64,000 bases of DNA, from contig JASTWF010000584.1 in the NCBI GenBank assembly GCA_030390025.1, positions 62,001-126,000 of the forward strand, read 5' to 3'. The stretch is from Squalus acanthias. Lineage: Eukaryota. Of the stretch, positions 1-10,600 are shown in pieces; positions within the stretch are counted from its first letter, which is position 1, and each line of letters starts with the position of its first letter. The notes beneath the pieces are model-generated. The model was given only the letters and a program-made list of their open reading frames with translations. It was not told the DNA's origin and searched no databases. The position numbers and the translations under genes are program-made.

Positions 1-108
1 ACCACTTATAGGAGTGGCGTCTGGTGCTTAACCAATCACTGACTTAAGGAGGGAAGATTGAAATAAAGACTGTGATAAAAACAAACATAGTTAAACCTTC
101 GCACTTAC

Positions 109-205
109 TTTCTCATGCACTTGAAGATTAAGAATCCAGCCAGTTCAACACTCAATATGATCCCAGCTACAAGCAATCTTACTTTACATTTATTGGAGTC
201 TCTAC
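109..205 (-). CDS. Siglec-like gene A, transmembrane exon: (C)RDSNKCKVRLLVAGIILSVELAGFLIFKCMRK
   Basis: Minus strand reads tttttacag|GT AGA...ATG AGA AA|gtaagt. 97 nt, phase-1 start in frame with the upstream C2 exon. An 18-residue hydrophobic stretch is followed by basic KCMRK. Not in the ORF track. Confidence 0.85.
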
Positions 206-389
206 CTGTAAAAACAGCCATTAATTACTGCAGTACAGTTTTAGAACAATGCTCCGATGTACCTCGAGAAGTGAAGCACTCGCTCAATTTTTGGCAATTC
301 ATTCTCGGGATGTGGGCGTCGCTGGCAAGGCCGGCATTTATTGCCCTACCCTAGCTGTCCCTTGAGAAGGTGGTGTTGGGACATCTTCT

Positions 390-1505
390 TGAAGCTGGGG
401 TTGCTCTCCTCAGAGCAGAGAAGGTTGAGAGGAGATTTGATAGAGGTGTTCAAAATCATGAGGGGACTAAACAGAGTTGATAGAGTTAAACTGTTCCCAT
501 TGGCGGAAGGGTCGAGAACCAGAGGACACAGATTTAACGTGATTGGCAGAAGATCCAAAGGCGACATGAGGGGCCAGAAATTCGGTTTTCCGGCTTCCTG
601 CGGGTGCAAGCATCGCGCGCGTACTTACCAACCGTGCCTGCCGTTGTGTTTTGGGCCCACGAGAATTTCGGGTCCTGGGCCTCCTCCAACTTGCGGCGCG
701 CAGTGCTTGCATGTCTCAGGGGCGCAGGAAGACCTGTCAAATCTATGAATTGAAATCGGCCCCAAAACCACACTTAAACTTCAAATAAATTTTTTAAAAA
801 GCATCACATTTTTAAAATAACTATAAGTTAAATAAATTAACTACTTTAAACAAAAATTTAAATTTTTGAAAAAATTAATTATACTTTTTAACGGTGCTAA
901 AAATAAACTTACCTTTCTTTAAAGTATCTAAAAAAGATAAACCTGTTGAAATTTTTTTTAAATTGTAATTAATTAACCACTTACCTTGTGAAAAACGGGT
1001 CCTGCGCCTCCTTTTTAAAAGTGCAGGTTCTTCAATACTTACCTTCCCGGAGAAACCGGAAAAAAAACTGAAGTTCGCTGCGCGCGTGCAGCCTCTCCCG
1101 CACACGCGATTCACCCATGAACCCCTCCCTTCACGAGACCGGAAGTTCCGGTTTCCCGCGCATGCGCAGTGCATGCAGGAAACCGGCACTTCAAGTTGTC
1201 TTACGGGTGAGTTCACAGCGCGTACTCACCTGACAAGCGCCGAATATCTGGGCCGAGGAAAAACTTTTGTACGCAGTGAGTGGTTATGATCTGGAATGCA
1301 CTGCCTGAAAGGGTGGTGGAAGCAAATACAGTCGTGGCTTTCAAAAGGGAGGTTTATAAGTACCTGAAGGAAAAACATTTGCAGGGCTACGGGAAAGGGC
1401 GGAGGATGGGGATCAGCTGAAGTGCTCTTGCAGAGAGCAGACACTGGCTCGATGGGCCGAATTACCTCTTAATGTGCTGTAACAATTCTATGATTCTATG
1501 ATTCC
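390..1505 (+). mobile_element. CR1 LINE 3' fragment split by a MITE
   Basis: EQRRLRGDLIEVFKIM CR1 ORF2 C-terminus and a (ttctatga)n tail. The sequence resumes after the 571-1254 insert. Confidence 0.85.
571..1254. mobile_element. Non-autonomous PIF/Harbinger-type element (MITE)
   Basis: TIRs GGGCCAGAAATTCGG / CCGAATATCTGGGCC (13/15 match), 3-bp TSD GAG, GC-rich ends with an AT-rich core. Confidence 0.85.
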
Positions 1506-2079
1506 ATGAGGTGCTGGTAGCTGGTATGAATCAAACTGAGTGGCCACTTCAGAGGGTAGTTAAGAGTCAACCACGTTGATGTGGCACTGGAGTCACATAT
1601 AGGCCCAGACGGGGTAATGACAGCAAGGTACATTCTCTAAAGGAATATTAGTGAACCATTTTGTATATGTAATATCTATATATGTTTACATATATATAAC
1701 ATTCTTTTCTATGTAACATTTATATATAAAATCAATGTATGTAATATCTATATGTGTAATATCTAAAGATGTAATATTAGTCAGCCTCCAGTTTCTCCCT
1801 ATCTACTCTATCAAAACCCTTCATGATTTTGAACACCTCTATTAAATCTCCCCATAACCTTCTCTGCTCTAAAGAGAACAACCCCAGCATCTCCAGTCTC
1901 TCCCTGTAACTGAAATCCCTCATCCCTGGGACAATTCTGCTCTAAGTGATGCAACAATCGGCTGATTTGTATCAGACAACAACAACTTGCATTTATATAG
2001 CACCTTTAACATAGTAAAACTTCCCAAGGTGCTTCACAGGAGCATAAATCAGACAAAATTTGACACCGAGCCACATAGG

Positions 2080-2840
2080 ACCATAGGAAGGAACATAGGA
2101 ACAGGAGCAGGTCATTCATCCCCTTGAGCTTTTTTTGCCATTCAACGAGATCATGGCTGATCTGTGCCCTACCTCCATATACTTGCCTTGCCCTATATCT
2201 TTAATACATTTGGTTAACAAAATTCTATCAATCTCAGATTTAAAATTAACAATTGACCATTTGCAGAAGAGAGTTCCAAACTTCTACCACCCTTTGTGTG
2301 TGTTAAAGTGTTTCCTAACTTCACTCCTGGAAGGCCTGGCTCTAATTTTTAGGCTATATCCCCTAGTCCTGGACTCCCCAACCAGTGGAAATAGTTTCTC
2401 TCTATCTATCCTATCAGTTCACCGCAATATCTTGAAAACTTCAATCAAATTACCCCTTAACTATCTAAATTCCAGGGAATACAACCCTAGTTTGTGTAAC
2501 CTATCCTCGTAAGATAACCCTTTGATTCCAGGTTTCGTTCTCGTAAATCTACACTGCAATCCCTCCAAGGCCAATATATCCTTCCTAAATTGTGGTGCTC
2601 AGAACTGAACACAGTACTTCAATATAACCCGAGTTTGTGCAGCCTATGTTCACTTTCAATTGACCCCCGAGATCAATATCTCTTTGGGGGAGAGCGTTCC
2701 AGATTTTCACTAACCTTTGTGTGAAGAAGTGCTTCTGACATCACCCCTGAATGGCCTAGCTCTAATTTTAAGTTTATGCCCCCTAGTTCTGGACTCCCCC
2801 CAACAGGGAAAATAGTTTCTCTCTATCTACCCTATCAACT
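2080..2840 (-). mobile_element. Degenerate CR1 LINE 3' fragments
   Basis: Reverse complement of CR1 ORF2 C-terminus and 3'UTR, similar to other copies in the window. Confidence 0.7.
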
Positions 2841-3049
2841 TTTATCGCTGACGTTAGCGAGGGGAAGGTGTCAGGTGAGGTCTCCGGGCGGGTTGGATCT
2901 GGCCACGCAGAAGCAGGTGACACCCTTGGCCGTCCGTGTGCATTCCGACTCCCGGGAAATTTCTGGCTTATCCGAGGGTGTAAGAACAACAAATTAGGCA
3001 ATGTCGTAGCACTGTTAGACCGTAAGATAGAATCCTAACACTGAAACCC

Positions 3050-3630
3050 TCTTGTTACCTCTAGACTTGACTATTCCAATGCAATCCTGGCCGGCCTCAT
3101 ATCTTCCACCCTCCGTAAACTTGAGCTCATCCAAAATTCTGCTGCCCTGTATCCTAACTCGCACCAAGTCTCATTCACGCATCACCCCTGTGCTTGCTGA
3201 CCTACATTGGCTCCCGTCCACTTACACCTCGATATTAAAATTCTCATCCTTGTTTTCAAATCCCTCCATGGCCTCGCCCCTCCCTATCTCTGTAACATCA
3301 TCCAGTTCTACAACCCTCCGAGATCTCTGCGCTCCTCCAATTCTGGCCTTCTGCTCATCCCCGATTTTAACCGCTCCACCATTGGCGGCCGTGCCTTCAG
3401 CTACCTAGGCACTAAGCTCTGGAATTCCCTCCCTAAACCTCTCTGCGTCTTTCTCTCTTTCCTTTTAGACGCTCCTTAAAACCTATCTCTTTGACCAAGC
3501 TTTTGGTCATCTGCCCTAATATCTCCTTATGTGGTTTGCTATCAAATTTTGTCTGATAACGCTTCTGTGAAGTGCCGTGGGACATTTTAGTATGTTAAAG
3601 GCGGTTTATAAATGCAAGTTGTTGCTGTTG
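3050..3630 (+). mobile_element. L2/CR1-group LINE 3' end
   Basis: RLDYSN...ITPVLADLHWLP...RSLRSS...GGRAFSY...LWNSLP motifs across frames. Tail ends tataaatgcaagttgttg. Related fragments at about 5750-6120 and 25390-25550. Confidence 0.75.
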
Positions 3631-3984
3631 TAACGATGCGGGCACCTCACCCAGCATCAGCGCGTTTCGTACAATAATGACCGGGGAGATCGGGTGGGCA
3701 GCGAGACCCCAGCTGGTCCATCAGTTCCCCCCACCCCACCGACCCCCACCCCCAGATGCTCATGATGTCTGGAGCCTCATGTCGAGACACTTCATCCTCC
3801 TCCTTCCCCCCACAGACATGGGAGAGACTTAAAATTCAGAGATAAAAACCCAGGGCCAATAAGGGAAAGAAAATACGCTGGAAAACTCCTCTCTAACACC
3901 CTCAGGTGATCGAAAGCCAGTACAGGAGATCGCAAGGACCGTGCATTATCTGTTAATCCACTTCATCTCTATATGATGAGATCC

Positions 3985-5183
3985 TTGGCTTTATAAATAG
4001 AGGCAGAAAGTACAGAAGCAAGGACGTTATTGCTAAACCTCTGGAAAATCATTGGTTCGGCCTCAGCTAGAATATTGTGTCCAATTCTGGTCACCACATG
4101 CTTTAGGAAGGCCTTAGAGAGGGTGCAGAAGAGATTTACTAACCGAGGCATCGAATATAAGAGCAGGGAGGTTATGCTAGATCTGTATAAAACACGAGTT
4201 AGGCCACAGCTAGAGTACTGCGTACAGTTCTGGTCACCACAATACAGGAACAATGTGATTACACTAGAGAAGGTACAGAGGAAATTCAAGAGGATGTTGC
4301 CAGGACTGGAGAATTTTAGCTATGAGGAAAGATTGGATAGGCTGGGGTTGTTTTCTTTGGAACAGAGAAAGCTGAGGGGAGATTTAATTGTAGTGTATAA
4401 AATTATGAGGGGCCCAGATAGAGTGGATAGGAAGGATTTATTTCCCTTAGCAGCAAGGTCAATAACCATGGGGCATAGATTTAAAGTAATAGAGGGGAGT
4501 TCAGGAGAATTCTTTTCACCTAGAGGGTGGTGGGGGTCTGGAACTCACTGACTGAAAGGGTGGTAGAGGCAGAAACCCTCATCACATTTAAAAAGAACTT
4601 GGATATGCACCTGAACTGCTGTAACCTACAAGGCTAAGGACCCAGAGCTAGAACGTGTGATTAGAGTAGATAGCTCTTTTTTGGCCGGCGCAGACAGTAT
4701 AGGCCGAATGGCCTCCTCTCTGCCGTAAATTTCTATGATTCTATGACTCTATGGTACCAGGGATGAGGGAGTTCCGTTACATGGAGAAACTGGAGAAGCT
4801 GGGGTTGTTCCCCTTTGAGCAGAGACGGTTAAGGGGAGATTTAATAGAGGTGTTTAAATCATGAAGGGTTTTGATAGAGTAAATAAGGAGAAACTGTTTC
4901 CAATGGCAGAAGGGTTTTAACCAAAGGACAGAGATTTAAGGTAGTTGGCAAAAGAACCAGTGGTGAGATGAGAAGAATTTTTTTTCGGCAGTTGTTAAGA
5001 TCTAGAATGCACTGCCTGAAAAGGCAGTGAAAGCAGATCCAATTGTAACTTTCCAAAGGTAATTGGATAAGTATTAGAAGTGTCAAAATTTTGCAGGGCT
5101 ATGAGGAAAGAGAGTGGAACTAATTGGATAGCTCTTTCAAAGAATGGCTTCCTATTGTGCTGTATCATTTTATGATTCTATGA
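3985..5183 (+). mobile_element. Stacked CR1 LINE 3' fragments
   Basis: RPQLEYCVQFWSP and RGDLI motifs, with two (ctatga)n tails. Confidence 0.85.
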
Positions 5184-5416
5184 TCCTTGGCCCAATCAGG
5201 AACCAGTCCAGCATGCAAGAATTAAGTGCTCAGCGCCACCAATGGTGGGAGGGTATAATTACAGTGTGACATTAATATAGGCAGTTACAATTATAACTGT
5301 AGACACCGGACATAACGGGAAAAGCGCACACTGGAAATGTGATGACAGGAAGTAAGCTTTTCACAGACAGGAAGTGCCTGAGTTTAAATAAGAGTCAGAT
5401 AGAGTAAACTACTTAC

Positions 5417-5692
5417 ATTCCACACTCAGGTGTACAATGGTGGATGTGCCGTTACCCAATGGGTTCCTCGCTGTGCAATAGAAACTGGCATCATTCTCCC
5501 GTGTTAGGTGACCGGAGTAGATGGACCGAGCACTTGTGTTTAACTGGGTGGTCGTGTTTCCGTCGACCCTGAACCAGGCGTAACTAGATGCCGGGGGGAC
5601 GCTTTCACTGGAGCAGGTTAACATGATGTTGTTTCCCTCTCTTATTCTGCCCGTGGCTCCGCTGATGGCCACTGTTGTCTCCTTGGGTGGAT
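5417..5692 (-). CDS. Siglec-like gene A, third C2-set Ig exon (intact)
   Basis: ttccag|AT CCA CCC AAG...GTG GAA T|gtaagt. 276 nt, phase 1-1. PPKETTV...LTCSSES...YAWFR...DASFYCTARNPLG shows the C-W-C Ig core. Confidence 0.92.
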
Positions 5693-6311
5693 CTGGAACA
5701 AGACCAGAGGAGAGTCAGCAGGTAATTCCAACTCTCTCCTGGACGGCTCTCCCATCTTCAACCCTCTGTAAACTACAGTTAATCTGAAAACTCTGCTGCC
5801 ACATGTCCTAAGTTCCGCTCACCCATTGCCCCCTGTTGCTCGCTGACCTACATTGGCTCCCAGTCCGGCAACACTTCGAATTTAAAATTCTCATCCTCGT
5901 GTTCAGTTCCCTCCATGGCCCTCGCCCCCTTCCTATCTCTTTAATCTCCTCCGGCCCGACAACCTTCCGAGATCTCTGCATTACTCCAATTCTGGCCTGT
6001 TGTGCATCTACGATTCCCTTCGCTCCACCATTGACGGCTGTGCCTTCAGCCGTCTAGGCCTTAAGCTCTGGAATTCCCTCCCTAAGCCTCTCTGCCTCTC
6101 TCTCCTCCTTTAAGACGCTCAGTCAAAAATTGACACCGAGCCACATAAGGAGATATTAAGACAGGTGACCGAAAGCTTGGTAAAAGAGGTAGGTTTCAAA
6201 GGTCAGCTTAAAGAAGGAGCGAGAGGAGAGACAGAGAGTGTATGAGTATGTTTATATGCGTGATAGAGTGTGTCAGAGGCTTGGTAAATTGCACAGTCTC
6301 CATTAGATATT

Positions 6312-7012
6312 GGCCCATATTTTCCGATGCCTAAGGGTGTGTACGGGCTGTGTACACACCCGTAGGGACATCGGAAATGCCGGTTTCAGGCATGCGAAGC
6401 GCTTGTGCTGAAAACCAGCATTTCCGATCTGTCAAGAATGCTCTAGACAGATCGGACGCCTGCCCTAGAGAAGGGCCTCTGCGGGGGGAGATTTCCGCTT
6501 GCTGCAGAAACTTCGGCCACAGAAAACCCTTAGAAATCTTATGCCTGGAAAAAGCAGGCGTAAAGCCTGCTTTTACCAGCATAAGAGTTGAATAAAAGTT
6601 AAATTTTTTTCCACTTATTTATAATTTTAAAATACTTTAAAAAAGGTAAGTTTATTTTTAGCCCCGTAAAAAACTTTAATTATTTTTTTCAAAAAATTAA
6701 ATTTTTGTTTAAAATATTTAATTTAATATAATTTTAACTCATTTTAAAAACGTGATGGTTTTTTAAAATTTATTTAATGTTTTAGTGTCTTTTTGGGGTG
6801 ATCTCCTTTCATACTTTTGACGGGTCTATCTGTCAAAAGTATGAAGGGAGATTCCCTTCTCCTATTGGCTGGCCTGGTCCACGTAATCCCAGGGATGATT
6901 GTGAACCGCCTGTGCCCCTGGGATACATGGGCCCTGCGCATTTCGACTGTGGAGAGGCCCAGGATCGGAGGTGTCTGGACCTCGGGAGCCCTCAGGTAAG
7001 AGCGTAGATTTT
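6312..7012. mobile_element. Truncated Harbinger-type MITE abutting the damaged Ig exon
   Basis: Starts GGCCCATATTTTCC, with a GC-rich end and AT-rich core like the 571-1254 element in reverse orientation. No second TIR is visible. Confidence 0.7.
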
Positions 7013-7293
7013 TTTCCGCAGTGATGGTTATGGTCCTCTCCACTGCTCCATGTTCATTCTCCGCCACACACTGATAGTCTCCAGCGACGCTGGATGTAAC
7101 ATTAGCAAACTCCAACCACAGCTCATTGTTGGATGTTGTTCTGTTCATTGTGAGACCAAGATGTCACCACGTGAGGTTAGAAGCTGGGATGCTTGTGACC
7201 GAGCAGAGTTTCACTGCAGAATTCCCTTGTTTTATATGATCGATGAATCTTTAATCATATCAAGGGAAGTAATTGAGAGATTCCGTGGTGCGT
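7013..7293 (-). pseudogene. Siglec-like gene A, second C2-set Ig exon, disrupted
   Basis: tttttag|AC GCA CCA CGG (HAPRNLSI). A 1-nt frameshift gives TAA at 7234-7232. The Ig frame continues GNSAVKLCSVTSIPASNLTW*HL...AGDYQCVAENEHG with TGA at 7166-7164. No GT donor follows TITAE. Confidence 0.88.
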
Positions 7294-7344
7294 CTAAAAA
7301 CAAATAAAGATCAGCTAACTGTTATAGCAATGCAACTTCCTTCG

Positions 7345-7650
7345 TCACAAAGCACGTAATCCAGGCAGACAATTTACTGCAGTACTAAGGGAGCACTGAC
7401 CTGTCGGAGCGGTAGTACCAGGGAAATGCTGCACTGTCGGGGGGCAGTACTGAGGAAGTGCTGCACTGTCGCAGGGCAGTACTAAGGGAGTGCTGCACTG
7501 TTTGGAGGTTCCGTCTTTTGCATGACATGTTAAACTGAGGCTCCGTCTGCGCTCTCAGGTGGAAGTAAAAGATCCCGTGACTCTACTCAAAGAAGTGTTC
7601 TCCCCAGTGTCCTGATCAACATTTATCAATAAAAACACATGATCTGGACC
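7345..7650 (+). mobile_element. DeuSINE (SacSINE1-like) fragment with about 4 copies of the 33-bp unit
   Basis: Contains cagtactgagggagtgctgcactgtcgga-type units and the same core as the copies at 26.7 and 54.6 kb. Confidence 0.7.
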
Positions 7651-10600
7651 CTGCAACGTCCTCCTCACTAACATCTGGGGACTTGTGCCAAAATTGGGAG
7701 ACCTGTCCCACCTACTTTCAAGCAACAGCTGACATAGTCATACTCACAGAATCATATCTTTCAGCCAATGTCCCAGACTCCTCCATCACCACCCTTGGGT
7801 ATGTCCTATCCCACCAATAGGACAGACCCACAGTCGGGAGGGAGTGTCCCTGGGAGTCCTCAACATTGACTCCGGACCCCATGAAGTCTCATGGCTTCAG
7901 GTCAAACTTGGGCAAGGAAACCTCCTGCTGATTACCACCTACCGCCCTCTCTCAGCTGATGAATCAGTACTCCTTCATGTTGAACACCACTTTTAAGAAG
8001 AACTGAGGTTCACTAGGGCACAGAATGTACTCTGGGTGGGGGACTTCAATGTCCAGCACCAAGAGTGACTCGGTAGCACCACTACTGAACGAGCTAGTCG
8101 AGTCCTGAAGGACATAGCTGCCAGACTGGGACTGCGGCAGGTGGTGAGTAAACCAACATAAGGGAAAAACCTAATTGACCTCGTCCTCACCAGTCTACCT
8201 GTTGCAGATGCATCTCTCCATGACAGTATTGGTAAAAGTGACCACCACACAGTCCTTGTGTAGAAAAAATCCCGTCTTCATACTGAGGACACCCTCCATT
8301 GTGTTGTGTGGCACTACCATCATGCTAAATGGGATAGATTCGGAACAGATCTAGCAGCTCAAAACTGGGCATTCATGAGGCACTGTGGGCCATCAGCAGC
8401 AGCAGAATTGTATTCTAACACAATCTGTAACCTCATGGCACACCATATCCCTCACTCTACCACTACCATCAAGCCAGGGGACCAACCCTGGTTCAATGAG
8501 GAGTGTAGAAGAGCATGCTAGGAGCAGCACCAGCCATTCCTAAAAATGAGGTGCCAACCTGGGGAAACTGCAACACAGGATTACATGAAACAACGGAAAC
8601 AGCATGCGATAGACAGAGCTAAGCGAAACCACAACCAATGGATCAGATCAAAGCTCTGTAGTCCTGCCACATCCAGTCGTGAATGGTGGTGGACAATTAA
8701 ACAACTAACGGGAGAAGGTGGTTCCATGAATATTCCCATCCTCAAAGATGGCTGAGCCCAGCATGCGAGTGCAAAAGACAAGGCTGAAGCGTTTGCAACC
8801 ATCTTCAGCCAGAAGTGCCGAGTGGATGATCCATTTCGGCCTCTTCCTGAAGCCAGTCTTCAGCCAATTCGGTTCATTCCACATGACATCAAGAAACGGC
8901 TGAGCGCACTAAATACAGCAAAGTCTATGGGCCCACAAACATCCTGGCTGTTGTGCTGAAGACTTGTGCTCCAGAACTAGCCGCGCCTCTAGCCAAGCTG
9001 TTTCAGTACAGCTACAACACTGGCATCTACCCGACAATGTGGAAAACTGCCCAGGTATGTCCTGTCCACACAAAGCAGGACAAATCCAATCCGGCCAATT
9101 ACCGCCCCATCAGTCTACTCTCAATCATCAGTAAAGTGATGGAAGGTGTCATCGACAGTGCTATCAAGCGGCACTTACCAATAACCTGCTTACAGATGCT
9201 CAGTTCACGTTCCGCTAGGACCACTCGGCTCTAGACCTCATTACAGACTTGGTTCAAACATGGACCAAAGATCTGAATTCCAGAGTTGAGGTGAGAGTGA
9301 CTGCCCTTGACATTAAGGCAGCCTTTGGCCAAGTGTGGCAACAAGGAGCCCCAGTAAAATTGAAGTCAATGGGAATCAGGGGATAAACACTCCACTGGCT
9401 GGAATCATACCTAGCACAAAGGAAGATGGTTGTGATTGTTGGAGGTCAATCATCTCAGCCCCAGGACATTGCTGCAGGAGTTCCTCATGGCGGTGTCCGA
9501 GGTCCAACATTCTTCAGCTGCTTCATCAATGACCTTCCCTCCATCATAAGTTCAGAAGTGGGGATGTTCACTGATGACTGCACAGTGTTCAGTTCCAATC
9601 GCAATTCCTCAGATAATGAAGCAGTCCATGCACACATGCAGCAAGACCTGGACAACATTCAGGACAAGGGCTGCAGGCTTATGGGAACACCACCACCTCC
9701 AAGTTCCCCTCCAAGTCACACACCATCCTGACTTGGAAATATAGAGGTGGCTCTGCTGCACAGGACGGGAGGAAAAAGAGGGGTAGAGCTATAGTGATAG
9801 GGGATTCTATTGTAAGGGGAATAGATAGGCGTTTCTGCAGACGCAAACGAGACTCCAGGATGGTGTGTTGCCTCCCTGGTGCAAGGGTCAAGGATGTCTC
9901 AGAGTGGCTGCAGAACATTTTGGAAGGGGAGGGTGAACAGTCAGTTGTCGTGGTGCATATAGGTACCAACGATATAGGTAAAAAAGGGGATGATGTCCTA
10001 AAAGCTGAATATAGGGAGTTAGGAGGTAAATTAAAAAACAGTACCTCAAAGGTAGTAATCTCAGGATTGCTACCAGTGCCACGTGCTAGTCAGAGTAGAA
10101 ATAGAAGGATATTTCAGATGAATACGTGACTAGAGGAATGGTGCAAGGGGGAGGGATTCAAATTCCTCGGACATTGGAGCCGGGTCTGGGGGAGGTGGGT
10201 CAAGTACAAACCGGACGGTTTGCACCTGGGCAGGGCCGGGACCGATGTCCTAGGGGGAGTGTTTGCTAGTGCTCTGGGGGAGGGTTTAAACTAAAATGGC
10301 AGGAGGTTGGGAACCTGAGCAGGGAGACAGAGGAAAGGGAAACAAGGATAAAAGCAAAAGATAGGAAGGAGAAAAACAAAAGTGGCAGTCAGAGAAATCA
10401 ACGGTTTAAATCAAACATGGCCACAGTAAAGAATAATTCTAATAGGTCTAAGAGCGTTAAAAAAACAAGCCTGAAGGCTTTGTGTCTTAATGCGAGGAGC
10501 ATTCGGAATAAGGTGGATGAATTAGCTGCACAAATAGAGGTAAACGAATATGATTTGATTGGGATTACGGAAACATGGCTCCAGGGTGGCCAAGGCTGGG

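Noticed and set aside
1-70. Possible cytoplasmic exon of gene A
   Set aside because: Candidate acceptors give introns of only 39-70 nt, no ITIM is visible and the window ends here. Not supportable.
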